64,000 nucleotides of DNA, from IMG/VR virus record IMGVR_UViG_3300038417_000443; one strand, written 5' to 3'. Origin of the DNA: an uncultured virus (IMG/VR IMGVR_UViG_3300038417_000443) (lineage: Duplodnaviria > Heunggongvirae > Uroviricota > Caudoviricetes). Below are positions 50,193-59,778 of this stretch, one piece after another. The position numbers and the translations under genes were made by a program. Numbering within the stretch: the first letter of the stretch is position 1; each line of letters opens with the position of its first letter. The notes below the pieces were generated by a model. The model worked only from the letters and a program-made list of their open reading frames with translations, was not told the origin of the DNA and searched no databases.

Positions 50193-50608
50193 GAAAGAAG
50201 CAATGGATAATTTGTGCAACACTCGTTGCACTAATTTTTGCTTTCGTAATATATAATGTTTTTGCAGTTGTTTCCCCAGAGTTCGAGACGTCAAAAAAAC
50301 TGGCCCTGACCGCCACTCCCGATAGCGACGGGGATTGTATTATCGGGAAAAAAATAACAGAGAATGGGGTTCAGGTAGTATATCTTGTTGGATATCTTTT
50401 TCGTGTAAAAACCATTGCAGGATGTGTTGCAACTCCAGAGAAGATGGTGAGCGTAGCCTATAACGAAACAGATGGTGTCTATTCAACCTCAATAACTGAT
50501 ATGCAAACAGGAAGGATTTTAGTATCAAGGGAAATATCGCAGGAGCAGGCCTCAAAAATAATGGGTATCATCTTGAAACATTTGGTTAATTCTGGAATTC
50601 CGATTTAA
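50189..50608 (+). CDS. Membrane-anchored or exported protein
   Basis: N-terminal hydrophobic segment. Confidence 0.5.
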   Translation: MRKKQWIICATLVALIFAFVIYNVFAVVSPEFETSKKLALTATPDSDGDCIIGKKITENGVQVVYLVGYLFRVKTIAGCVATPEKMVSVAYNETDGVYSTSITDMQTGRILVSREISQEQASKIMGIILKHLVNSGIPI

Positions 50609-50684
50609 TCTTTCTAAAAACAATACAGTAATATATTGATTTTAATGCATTAGTGTAGATGTGTGTAAATCTTTACCAAGAACT

Positions 50685-50745
50685 CTACCTGAATACCTTT
50701 TTGGATCAGGTGGAAATATAATCGAGAATACCAACTGGATCTCGG
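50685..50745 (+). promoter_or_regulatory. Twin hairpins (GAATACC-loop-GGATC) in the scaffold 5' UTR
   Basis: CTACCTGAATACC-TTTTT-GGATCAGGTGG and TCGAGAATACC-AACT-GGATCTCGG; different outer stems, same core. Confidence 0.55.
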
Positions 50746-50758
50746 AAAGAGGTATAAG

Positions 50759-51724
50759 ATGGGAACAGGAGTACCGGCTCAGGCCCTAAAGGCTGCCGAA
50801 GAAGCAGAAAGGCTTTATCAGGAACAGATCGATGTGTTGGCGGGCAATACTGGTTCTACTGGAGAAACGGGGGAAATAGAAGCTGAAGCAACCGGCCCGA
50901 CTGGAGAGGCCGAAGTGGTTTCCGAAGAAACCCCTGAACAGAAAGCCGAGAAGATACAACACAAATATGATGTACTTCGAGGTATGTACAATAAGGAGAT
51001 TCCCGAACTTTCCTTAAGGCTCGCTGAACAGTCTGGTCAGATTAAGTCCCTTACGGATCAAATTGCTGCATTAATTGCTGGTAAGAAACCAGACGAAACA
51101 AAAGAGGTCTTCGACTCGTTTGAGCAGGACCCCAATATCGGATATCTTAAGACAGAATATCCTGAAGTCTGGAAGGGGATCGAGGTTGCCCTTGTTAAAT
51201 TAAGGGATGAGACTTCTAAAAAGATCTCAGATCTTGGTTCTCAACTAACCGAGCAGAAGAAGCATACCGAAAAGACGGACAGGGATAGGTTCTATGATGA
51301 TGTTGAGTCAATGGAAAATTACGATGAAATTAATAAGTCCGTTGAATTCAATTCATGGTTAGACGAAACCGAGCCGCTTACCGGATTTAAAAGGAGAGAC
51401 ATCCTGAATGACGCCTATGCTTCATTGGACTCAACACGGGCAAAGAATTTCTTTTCTGAATTTACGGGGAAGAAGGTTGAGCCTGTCGTAGTTAAGCAAG
51501 TTGTAAAAAAAGAAGATACGGGTATATCGCCACGGACAACCGTGACTAAAACCGTAGTTGACAAAAGTGAACTAAAAGAAAATTTTATTAAAGCTTCCGA
51601 CGTTAAAAAGTTCTACGACGACGTGCAAAGAGGGAGATACAAGGGAAGAGACGCGGAGAAGGACAAGATAGAAGCCGAAATTAATAAGGCGATATCTGAT
51701 AAACGTGTTATTGCGGGACAGTAA
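50759..51724 (+). CDS. Capsid scaffolding protein
   Basis: Acidic coiled coil, KY.VL.GMYN.E motif; immediately precedes the capsid gene. Confidence 0.75.
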   Translation: MGTGVPAQALKAAEEAERLYQEQIDVLAGNTGSTGETGEIEAEATGPTGEAEVVSEETPEQKAEKIQHKYDVLRGMYNKEIPELSLRLAEQSGQIKSLTDQIAALIAGKKPDETKEVFDSFEQDPNIGYLKTEYPEVWKGIEVALVKLRDETSKKISDLGSQLTEQKKHTEKTDRDRFYDDVESMENYDEINKSVEFNSWLDETEPLTGFKRRDILNDAYASLDSTRAKNFFSEFTGKKVEPVVVKQVVKKEDTGISPRTTVTKTVVDKSELKENFIKASDVKKFYDDVQRGRYKGRDAEKDKIEAEINKAISDKRVIAGQ

Positions 51725-51752
51725 AAACATCGGGGGCGGAATGGAGATAATT

Positions 51753-53310
51753 ATGACTTTTCCTTACGCTCCTGGGCATCCCGATTATTCGAGCACAGGG
51801 GTAGCGAAGTTTATACCTTAACACAATGGGGTATATAAAACTTCTCCTGAATAACTGGAACGGGATTTAATCCCCAACCAGAGGGAACAAGGAAAAATCC
51901 AACACCGCAGTTCGGAGGATTCCATGAAGCGATTAAGTTGGAAATACATAGCAGGTCTCGTTGATGGTGAAGGTTGTATAGATTTTCAATGTCACGTTGA
52001 CCACAAGACCGACAAGCCAAGGCTTTATCTTGTACCAAGATTAAGGATAGCCATGGCAGCCGTTGGGAAGGATCTTCTTGAATTGATAAAAATTCAGCTT
52101 GGTGGAAGCCTGTGGCTGAAAAACAGAAGCAAGAACCCAAATTGGCAAGACGCTTACTACTGGCAGGTTTCTGGTAAGCTTATGAGGCCGGTTCTACAAA
52201 ATATAGTTAATCACCTGGTATTGAAGCAAGAGCAGGCAAGGCTTTGCATCTGGTGGATAGATAGGTGTATGGGTAGACAGCTTAGTAAACTTAATGAAGT
52301 TGAGTCGATTAGGCAATGTGCCCGAGACGAATTAAAAGCTATGAAACTTGACCCGCAGAGACTAAGCGGAGAAGCCGTTAAGAAACTAACCCAGTTAATT
52401 AACGGATGCGATAGTCCAACCGAATGTTAATCGGCAGCAGGTATGGTCGTCCAAGACGATCGTTAAGTGGTATGAATATTGTTTTTTGAGCAGAATTTGT
52501 AACACCGATTATGAAGGTGAAATTAAGAACCAGGGTGACTCGGTTATAATCCGATCAGTGCCCGATACCACTGTCGTGGATCATGCTATAGGTCAGACAG
52601 TGACATATGAACGCCCCGTGTCAACAGCGATGACCCTTCTTATCGACAAAGGTAAGAGATGGGCTATCGAGCTTGATGACATCGTGGCGGCTCAGACAGA
52701 TCTCCCATTGCTGACAAAGTTTACTGACGATGCGGCAATGCAGTTGAAGATCAGTATTGAGTATTCTTTTCTGCAAGACTCAACCATCTATAGTGGGATG
52801 GGCGCCTACATGACAGGGGCAACAGCCGGTCTTAAGACTGGGTTGTTTGACCTCGGTGGGGCAACTGTAGCTCTTGCCAAGACCCTAACCCCTACCAACG
52901 TCCTTGATTATATCATCGATGCAGGTACGGTGTTGGATGAAGCTCTTGTTCCAGAAGTGGGTAGATGGATGATGATTCCTCCTTGGGTTGCTGGCATGAT
53001 CAAGAAGTCAGACCTCAAGGATGCTTCTCTTACAGGTGATCCTAAATCTCCTATAAGAAATGGCCTCATCGGTTCTATCGACAGATTTGAACTTTATTCA
53101 AGCAATCTGCTCTATAGTCCAGTTGCCACGGTATACCAGATTCTGTTTGGGGTTCCGCAGGCAATTACGATGGCTACTCAGATTGTTAAAACTCAACATA
53201 TTCCTACTCCTTCCGACGCATTTGCGGAAAGAGTTCGTATGCTTCAGGTTTACGGCTATAAGGTCATTAAGCCCAATGCATACGGTTGCATCTATGCAAT
53301 CAAGGGATAA
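51753..53310 (+). CDS. Major capsid protein, spliced: exon 1 51753-51818, exon 2 52438-53310 (312 aa)
   Basis: Joined product MTFPYAPGHPDYSSTGVAKFIP|QVWSSK...NTDYEGEI..QGDSV.IR restores the FIPxxWS coat-protein motif; SD GGAG before 51753. Confidence 0.88.
51819..52437 (+). mobile_element. Group I intron in the major capsid gene
   Basis: Exon ends in U paired to G in P1 (TATACCT/GGGTATA); P3 CTTCTCC/GGAGAAG; P7 GACTA/TAGTC; P8 CCGTTAA/TTAACGG; P9 CCGA/TCGG; terminal G at 52437. Confidence 0.9.
51924..52430 (+). CDS. Intron-encoded LAGLIDADG homing endonuclease
   Basis: YIAGLVDGEGCI motif, GG....W, L.LKQEQA; SD GGAGG. Confidence 0.9.
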   Translation: MKRLSWKYIAGLVDGEGCIDFQCHVDHKTDKPRLYLVPRLRIAMAAVGKDLLELIKIQLGGSLWLKNRSKNPNWQDAYYWQVSGKLMRPVLQNIVNHLVLKQEQARLCIWWIDRCMGRQLSKLNEVESIRQCARDELKAMKLDPQRLSGEAVKKLTQLINGCDSPTEC

Positions 53311-53323
53311 GATTTAGAAACTT

Positions 53324-53396
53324 GAGGTAGCGCGTGTCGAAGGGTTAGGCGAAAGCCGAGGTCGCGCTGAAAAGGATAGGGGTGCTATCCTACTTC
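53324..53396 (+). ncRNA. Candidate structured RNA between the capsid gene and the tRNA
   Basis: AGCGCG/CGCGCT, GGC-GAAA-GCC and AGGATAG/CTATCCT stems; alternative closing pair GAGGTAG/CTACTTC. Confidence 0.4.
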
Positions 53397-53405
53397 ATTT
53401 TATTT

Positions 53406-53480
53406 GCCCATGTAGCTCAGGGGGAGAGCGCCTGCCTTACACGCAGGGGGGCGGTGGTTCAAATCCATCCGTGGGCACCA
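53406..53480 (+). tRNA. tRNA-Val (TAC)
   Basis: GCCCATG/CGTGGGC acceptor, GCTC/GAGC D stem, CCTGC-CTTACAC-GCAGG anticodon arm, TTCAAAT T loop, encoded CCA. Confidence 0.93.
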
Positions 53481-53560
53481 TTTTTTAACAATCAACTACC
53501 GGACGTAGAGCAAAGGCTAACTTTCCGGGAAGGTTTCATACAGAGAAAAGAGGTTTTATC

Positions 53561-54037
53561 ATGGGTGCTACAATAATTTATAGTGGAACAGTTGCAAGAC
53601 AGCCAGCTCAGGGTGAGATGAGGCGGTTTATTGTTAGATCGAGGATAGATGGAAGAGTTACACCGCTTAACCCCTCTTCTACCGATACCCAAAAAGCATT
53701 TTTGATTCCAGCCGGATGGTTGGTTGAGAAGGTTTGGGCAAGACATATTTATATTGGAGCCTATTCTGGAAGCGTCCAGTTAATAGATTCTGATGCGGCT
53801 ACATGGGGAGCAACATTTGGATTTGGGGCTCAGAATGTGGGCGCAACCGTTGGTCTTGGTGGTGGAGCAACCGCTCTTCTTTCTGCTCAGGCAGCGGCTG
53901 GTGGAAAGTTCTTTTTGGCAGCCGGAGACATGCGTGCTACATTTACAGCAGCTACCTACTTCGATGGTTGCATCGATGTTTTTGCTTCAGTGATTGATAT
54001 GGCTACGTATGAAAGTCCAGCAAGCTGGAGTGATTAA
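53561..54037 (+). CDS. Putative capsid decoration protein
   Basis: Follows the capsid gene; Ala/Gly-rich beta protein containing an IPAG motif. Confidence 0.55.
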   Translation: MGATIIYSGTVARQPAQGEMRRFIVRSRIDGRVTPLNPSSTDTQKAFLIPAGWLVEKVWARHIYIGAYSGSVQLIDSDAATWGATFGFGAQNVGATVGLGGGATALLSAQAAAGGKFFLAAGDMRATFTAATYFDGCIDVFASVIDMATYESPASWSD

Positions 54038-54042
54038 TAGTT

Positions 54043-54091
54043 ATGCGTGGTTTTACCTTAAAATCGCAGGGTAGAACCGCGCATTTTTTTT
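54043..54091 (+). terminator. Rho-independent terminator
   Basis: ATGCGTGGTTTTACCT/GGGTAGAACCGCGCAT hairpin plus T run. Confidence 0.75.
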
Positions 54092-54137
54092 GGAGGGGCG
54101 AGGGGCCCGGCGATAATGGGTTTAAAAGGAGAAACAT

Positions 54138-54395
54138 ATGTTTAGAAGATCTTTTTGGAGAGTTGGAACATTGGGCCTTGAGGGTTCTAAAAAGAGTGCC
54201 TATATAACTGTTCTTGCCCGCGATGCCGATAGTAATATTATTTTATGCACCTTAACTGCAACCAACCAGCTTCCAAACCAGGTAGCAGGTTATGCTGTCG
54301 GGTGTATTCTTATTGATCAGCAAGCCAGTGCGGGTACAATTTATAGTAATCGTGGAACTGCCTTGCTCTGCACATTTACCCAAGTCAACGCGTAG
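54138..54395 (+). CDS. Small virion protein, paralog 1
   Basis: WRVG.LG.EG, VLAR, GYAVGCILI, IYSN.G shared with the next ORF. Confidence 0.6.
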   Translation: MFRRSFWRVGTLGLEGSKKSAYITVLARDADSNIILCTLTATNQLPNQVAGYAVGCILIDQQASAGTIYSNRGTALLCTFTQVNA

Positions 54396-54404
54396 GAGGA
54401 GACA

Positions 54405-54881
54405 ATGCTTAGATCAGGAAAATGGAGGGTTGGGTGGCTTGGTTTTGAGGGTGACCCGATTGGTCCACATATAAAAGTTCTTGCCAGAAATGCCAACGAT
54501 AATATTATAATGGTCATGGTTGACTTTACGGTAAATATTCCTAACCTGGTTAAGGGATACGCCATGGGTTGTATTCTGATTAACAGCCAAACTGGGGCCA
54601 TCTACAGTAACGAGGGTTCTACAACGTCGTGTTCTTTTGTGGCTTCAAGCGGGGGCGGTACTGCTGGTGCTACCGGTCAAACCGGACAAACAGGACAAAC
54701 CGGACAAACCGGAGTACAAGGAACCGCCGGAACGGCGGGAACAGCGGGAACCGCTGGTACGGCTGGAGTTACCGGAGGCTATGGAACTGCTGGAACTGGT
54801 GGTGCCGCGGCAGCGGGATCTGTTATTCTGTGGCTTGCCGGAACATCATATCAGGTTCTTACCAAAGTCAGGGATGTATAA
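54405..54881 (+). CDS. Virion protein, paralog 2, with collagen-like GQT/GTA tail (head-fibre-like)
   Basis: Same N-terminal domain plus (GQT)4 and (GTA)n triplets. Confidence 0.65.
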   Translation: MLRSGKWRVGWLGFEGDPIGPHIKVLARNANDNIIMVMVDFTVNIPNLVKGYAMGCILINSQTGAIYSNEGSTTSCSFVASSGGGTAGATGQTGQTGQTGQTGVQGTAGTAGTAGTAGTAGVTGGYGTAGTGGAAAAGSVILWLAGTSYQVLTKVRDV

Positions 54882-54908
54882 TTAATTAAATTTCTCAAGG
54901 AGGGGGAA

Positions 54909-55766
54909 ATGAACTGGAGAGTTGTGTCGCCTGATTGGTGTGTCTTTGGGAAAAGAATTGCCTCAATGCTTGGTGTTGAATGTTCTGATAAGGCCGAGGG
55001 TGCAGGGGCTGCAATCTTTATAGAAATGTTTCCCGGCATGATTGAGGAGGCGCTTCGATATAAAAATACCCCCAAGATATGCTGGTGGACAGGAACGGAT
55101 GTCAGGGTGTATTTAGAAAATAAAGAAACCTATGATTTTGGGAATTCCGCCCACGTTACAGATACGCCTTGGCTCATCTATCAACTAAGCAAAAAGGTTA
55201 ACCCCGTTTGTTTCCTACCAATGCCGTGTTCACTAAATAGTGACGCGCCACCTCCTTATCCAAAAGACCCATCAATTTTACTCTATCTATCCGACCATCA
55301 AGCAAGGGATATCCCTCGCTCGATTGAGTTTATTAAGCATAATCAGTGGTGTCCTATTTTTGTGGTAAGCGGGTTAGGGGTCCGTTTGCCAAAAGCTCTT
55401 GACGGATTTTCTCAATCAAATGTAAATTTGATAGGACAGGCCACCTATGGAATGATGGTTCATATTTTTGAGAAAACTTCCATCTATGTCCGTTTCATGC
55501 ATTTTGATGGGATGAGTCAGCTTGTTGTGGAATCAAAGTGTCTTGGGAGGCATGTTGCGTCCACGGTTATGACCCCATACTGTGAATTAATTGAACCAGA
55601 TTTTAGCCAAGCGGAGATTTCTGAGGGGATTAAAAATCTAATAAAAGATCCTCCAGACGAAGCTGGAAGAGAATGGTATAGAGCTCTTTTTAATTTCAAA
55701 ACATTTGGAAGAATAGTGGGGGAGATTTGTAATGAGAAAAAATGGGAAGTACCAAAGGGGCTATAA
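54909..55766 (+). CDS. Putative GT-B-fold glycosyltransferase (divergent)
   Basis: WWTGTDV; C-terminal IYVRFMHFDGMSQLVVESKCLGRHV resembles the GT4 E/D-G-x-x-x-x-x-E motif. Confidence 0.5.
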   Translation: MNWRVVSPDWCVFGKRIASMLGVECSDKAEGAGAAIFIEMFPGMIEEALRYKNTPKICWWTGTDVRVYLENKETYDFGNSAHVTDTPWLIYQLSKKVNPVCFLPMPCSLNSDAPPPYPKDPSILLYLSDHQARDIPRSIEFIKHNQWCPIFVVSGLGVRLPKALDGFSQSNVNLIGQATYGMMVHIFEKTSIYVRFMHFDGMSQLVVESKCLGRHVASTVMTPYCELIEPDFSQAEISEGIKNLIKDPPDEAGREWYRALFNFKTFGRIVGEICNEKKWEVPKGL

Positions 55767-56274
55767 GAAATGTTGTGAAAGAGGAATATGTGCGGTTATC
55801 CATCCCAGTGTAAAAATTGGTAAGGGGGTTCGTTTCGGGCATTGCGTTGTAATAGAAGAAAATTGTGTAGTTGGGGATAATACTTTTATTGCAAACTTCG
55901 TGGTATTGAGACCGAATACCATTATCGGAAAAGATTGTGTAATAGGCCATTTTTGCGTTCTTGAAATGGGTGTAAGGTTGGAAGATGGGGTTCATATCAT
56001 GCCCCAGTGTCACATTACAATGGGGATGGCAATTGAGCAGGGGGCATTTATCGGACCTGGTGTTATTGCCATGAATGATAAAAAAATAGATAGGAACTGG
56101 ACTCCTCCGATAGTCCGAAACCATGCCAAGGTAGGGGCGGCGGCGGTAATATTACCCGGAGTTGAAATTGGAGAGGGGGCTTTTATTGGCGCTGGTTCTG
56201 TGGTAACTAAAGATGTTGCTCCAGGGAGTACGGTAATAGGATCTCCCGCAAGGAGTGGAAAAGTAATTACATAA
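55732..56274 (+). CDS. Hexapeptide-repeat (LbetaH) acyltransferase
   Basis: Repeated [IV]G hexapeptides; GAFIGPGV..MND; GAGSVVTKDV. Confidence 0.88.
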   Translation: MRKNGKYQRGYKKCCERGICAVIHPSVKIGKGVRFGHCVVIEENCVVGDNTFIANFVVLRPNTIIGKDCVIGHFCVLEMGVRLEDGVHIMPQCHITMGMAIEQGAFIGPGVIAMNDKKIDRNWTPPIVRNHAKVGAAAVILPGVEIGEGAFIGAGSVVTKDVAPGSTVIGSPARSGKVIT

Positions 56275-56285
56275 AGGAGGGGGAT

Positions 56286-57221
56286 ATGTCAAGGATATTA
56301 GTCACGGGTGGTGCCGGGTTTATCGGATCGAATTTAACAGAGGGTTTACTAAAAAGAGGGCATTCGGTTAGGGTACTCGATAATTTTTCAACAGGAAAAA
56401 TGAGTAACTTGGTATTTGATAAAGAATATCCCCTGGAGATTATAAAAGGGGATATCAGAAGCCTCCCAATATGTAAAAAAACATCTGAAGGAATGGATTA
56501 TGTGTTTCACTTAGCAGCCATTCCTTCTGTCCAATTGTCCGTAGAAGATCCAGGGCCTTCAAATGCGGTAAATTCAGGGGGTACCTTTAACGTTCTGCTT
56601 GCCGCGAAAGAGAAGGGGGTGAAGAGAGTTATCTTTGCAGACTCTTCTGCTGTTTACGGGGATACATCAATTTTGCCGACACACGAAGATCTTCCCCCGC
56701 ATCCACTTTCTCCATATGCTTTACAAAAATATACTGGGGAACAGTATTGTAAACTTTTTTATAAGTTGTATGAACTCGAAACTGTTTCTTTAAAATATTT
56801 TAATATATTTGGACCGAAGCAAGACCCGAATTCAGAATACTCTGCTGTTATCCCTAAGTTTATAGACGCCCTTCTTAATGGAAGGCCTCCAGTTGTTTTT
56901 GGGGACGGAGAACAGTCAAGGGATTTTACTTATATTGAAAATGTGGTACATGCAAACATCCTCGCTATGGAAGCAACCTTTCTTTACGGAATGGTACTTA
57001 ATGTTGCATGTGGAAGAAGATTTTCCCTTAACCAATTACTGGTTGTCTTAAAAAGAATTATTGGGTCTGAAATACAGCCAGTCTATTCGGGACCACGACC
57101 AGGGGAGGTAAGGCACTCTTTGGCGGACATAAGTAAGGCAAGGGGTGTACTGGGGTATGAGCCGACAGTGGATTTTGAAGCTGGGTTGAAAAAGACAGTT
57201 GAGTTTATGAGGGGAACTTGA
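56286..57221 (+). CDS. NAD-dependent UDP-sugar epimerase (WbpP/TviC-like)
   Basis: TGGAGFIGS, FHLAA, SPYALQK, YFNIFGPKQDP, GDGEQSRDFTY. Confidence 0.92.
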   Translation: MSRILVTGGAGFIGSNLTEGLLKRGHSVRVLDNFSTGKMSNLVFDKEYPLEIIKGDIRSLPICKKTSEGMDYVFHLAAIPSVQLSVEDPGPSNAVNSGGTFNVLLAAKEKGVKRVIFADSSAVYGDTSILPTHEDLPPHPLSPYALQKYTGEQYCKLFYKLYELETVSLKYFNIFGPKQDPNSEYSAVIPKFIDALLNGRPPVVFGDGEQSRDFTYIENVVHANILAMEATFLYGMVLNVACGRRFSLNQLLVVLKRIIGSEIQPVYSGPRPGEVRHSLADISKARGVLGYEPTVDFEAGLKKTVEFMRGT

Positions 57222-57421
57222 AAATAGAAATAAGTAAGGAAGAACTTATTTGCCTACTGTTTTGGTATTATGCTTTTAGCGACAACGTGGAATACCAGGA
57301 TATCGATAGGAAATTGTTTGAGAGGCTCTGGGCCATTTTAAGTCTTTACAAAGAGATTCCGTTAAAAGATTTTGGAATCTCTGGGGCACCGAGATACGAG
57401 CCGGGGGAGGGACCGAGATGA
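57218..57421 (+). CDS. Hypothetical protein
   Basis: Coupled between the epimerase and GT genes. Confidence 0.4.
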   Translation: MKIEISKEELICLLFWYYAFSDNVEYQDIDRKLFERLWAILSLYKEIPLKDFGISGAPRYEPGEGPR

Positions 57422-59079
57422 GTAATCCGCTTGTTTCCATTATTATTGGAAACTATAACAAGGGAAGGTGGCTGACCGAGGCTCTTTTTTCTGCCTTTGG
57501 TCAAACATATTCTCCAATAGAAGTTGTTTTATACGACGATGGATCTACGGATCAGTCGCCGATTATTTGTAGCGCTTTTTCGGGAGTACCGAATTTTGTA
57601 TATTCAAGAGGGAAAGAGTGTTCTGGACGGTGTTCGGTATCCTATGCCAGGGCGTTGGCTTTAGCTAAAGGTGAGTATGTGGCGTTTTTGGGGTCGGATG
57701 ATATTTTAACTCCTTACCATGTTGCCGACTTAATGGAAGAGGCAATCAAAGACCCTAAAATAGATTTCTTGTACAGCAATCTTCTTTATATAGATGAGAA
57801 TAATAAGATAATTGGAGGGCCATTTTCACCGCAGGAAGATACTATTTTTGATAAGTGTTCTATAGGGCTTGTAACCTCCATTGTAAAGCGCAGCATTTTA
57901 ATGGATGTCGGGGGGTTTGATGAAGCCCTTACATTTAGTGAAGACTGGGAATTAATAATAAAATTATTTAGAGCAGGGGCGGTAAGAAAGTATGTTGATG
58001 TGGCAGGATTTTTAGGGAGAAGAACGACTGGGGAGGCCACGATGTCGAAGGTGGCCGGATCGATACTCCCGAACTTTTCCGATAAAAGAAGAATTGAATC
58101 CCATACGTATATTAGAAAAAAGCATAATCTCCCAGGCCCATGTAGGTGCGGGTGCGGGGTTGGAGAAATTATGCTTCCACCGATAGAAGGAGATCCAAGA
58201 ATATCGGCATCAATGATTGTTAGGGATGAGGAAACGGTTCTTGAAGAATGTCTCAGGTCGATTATTGGAATTGATGAAATAGTAATCTTGGATACAGGCT
58301 CTACGGATGGAACCTCCGATATTGCCAGAAAATATACTGATAAATACATATTTGGAGAATATGCGTGGAGTGATAATTTTGCAGAGGCAAGGAATGAATC
58401 CTTAAAGAGATGTACTGGAGATTGGGTATTAATTATTGATGCGGATGAATATCTTGAAGAGGGTGGAATCCGAAAAATAAGAGCTCTTATAAAAACGATT
58501 CCTGCAAACGTTTCTGCAATAGGATTTAAAACGATAGCTAAGAACGGAAACCTGATGCACGAGTCCGTCAGGCTGTTTAGGAACAACATTGGGGTTCAGT
58601 GGCACGGCCCGGTTCATAATTATTTAAGTGTGAGATCCCAATACTCCTCTGACATTTCTCTTTATTACGGGTATTCTCCCGCCCATGCAAAAGATCCGGA
58701 TAGGGCGTTTAGAATATTGAGTAAAGAGATTGAAAAAACTCCCGGAGCTCTTCGGGAGAGATTTTACCTGGCAAGGGAGTATTACTACAGGCAGAAATGG
58801 GAAGAAGCGATTGAGCATTACAGGATATATCTTGAAAAGGCTCATTGGCCCCCAGAGAAGGCTGAGGCCTGGATGCAGGTATCCAGGTGTTACAATAATG
58901 TGGGAATGAATTTTGAGGCACGTCTTGCTTGTCTAAGAGCTCTTGAAATAAACGCAGACTTTAAGGATGCGTTGAATTGGATGGGGGCCTTGTCCCAAGA
59001 TCCAGAGGTAAGGAAGAAGTGGGAAGCATACGCCACTCTTGCCGGAAATAGCAACACCTTATTTTGTTCCACAAGATAG
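57418..59079 (+). CDS. Double GT2 glycosyltransferase with C-terminal TPR repeats
   Basis: First GT-A domain (DDGSTD, FLGSDD, SEDWEL); second GT-A domain (MIVRDEE, DTGSTD, FAEARN, IDADE); TPR (FYLAREY...A...Y). Confidence 0.9.
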   Translation: MSNPLVSIIIGNYNKGRWLTEALFSAFGQTYSPIEVVLYDDGSTDQSPIICSAFSGVPNFVYSRGKECSGRCSVSYARALALAKGEYVAFLGSDDILTPYHVADLMEEAIKDPKIDFLYSNLLYIDENNKIIGGPFSPQEDTIFDKCSIGLVTSIVKRSILMDVGGFDEALTFSEDWELIIKLFRAGAVRKYVDVAGFLGRRTTGEATMSKVAGSILPNFSDKRRIESHTYIRKKHNLPGPCRCGCGVGEIMLPPIEGDPRISASMIVRDEETVLEECLRSIIGIDEIVILDTGSTDGTSDIARKYTDKYIFGEYAWSDNFAEARNESLKRCTGDWVLIIDADEYLEEGGIRKIRALIKTIPANVSAIGFKTIAKNGNLMHESVRLFRNNIGVQWHGPVHNYLSVRSQYSSDISLYYGYSPAHAKDPDRAFRILSKEIEKTPGALRERFYLAREYYYRQKWEEAIEHYRIYLEKAHWPPEKAEAWMQVSRCYNNVGMNFEARLACLRALEINADFKDALNWMGALSQDPEVRKKWEAYATLAGNSNTLFCSTR

Positions 59080-59097
59080 GGTATAAGGAGGGGGAAA

Positions 59098-59778
59098 ATG
59101 AAGATTATTACTGGCGCGTCGAGGGGGATAGGGAGATATCTTTTAGAGAAATATCTCGTTCCGGGAGAGGTCGTTTGTGGTACATTTTTTACCACGGAGC
59201 CGCCTCGATATCTTTCTAAATATTACTCTAAGGTAGACGTTTCAAATTATATAGAAACTGACAATTGGATAAGCTCTATTATGCTTACAGAAAAAATAGA
59301 ACTTATCAATTGTGCGGCAACAAATTATAACTCTTTTGCACATAAGGCAAACCCCTATGACTGGGGAGAAATAATAAGGGTAAATCTACTTGGTACGTTT
59401 CACGTTATTCTCGCCCTGCTTCCAGAAATGCGGAAGAATAATTACGGAAGAATAATTAATTTTTCTTCCATCGTTGATCGATTAGGAATCCCGGGCACGA
59501 GCGCCTACGCGGCATCCAAGGCTGGACTTCTTGGATTGACGCGGGTGCTGGCGGCAGAAAACGCCTCAAAGGGAATAACGGTTAATAATTTAAATCTTGG
59601 TTATTTTAAAATAGGAATGGGGTGCGAACTTCCCCCAGAACTGGGAAACGAAATTAAAAAAAGAATTCCAGTTAGTGAATTCGGTGATCCAGAAACCATC
59701 TATAATGCAGTTAATTTTTTGATTAATAATAGTTACGTTAACGGGGCAAGCCTCGATATTAACGGGGGCTTGCGATGA
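59098..59778 (+). CDS. Short-chain dehydrogenase/reductase (FabG-like)
   Basis: TGASRGIG, GRIINFSS, YAASK, INGG. Confidence 0.9.
   Translation: MKIITGASRGIGRYLLEKYLVPGEVVCGTFFTTEPPRYLSKYYSKVDVSNYIETDNWISSIMLTEKIELINCAATNYNSFAHKANPYDWGEIIRVNLLGTFHVILALLPEMRKNNYGRIINFSSIVDRLGIPGTSAYAASKAGLLGLTRVLAAENASKGITVNNLNLGYFKIGMGCELPPELGNEIKKRIPVSEFGDPETIYNAVNFLINNSYVNGASLDINGGLR

Noticed and set aside
52486..52488. TTG start of the capsid gene in the ORF track
   Set aside because: No SD; the frame is open upstream to the intron 3' splice site, and exon 1 supplies the conserved N-terminus.
53324..53396. Hammerhead ribozyme or known riboswitch
   Set aside because: GAAA between stems is present, but CUGANGA and the NUH site are absent, and SAM, TPP and lysine consensus elements are not met.
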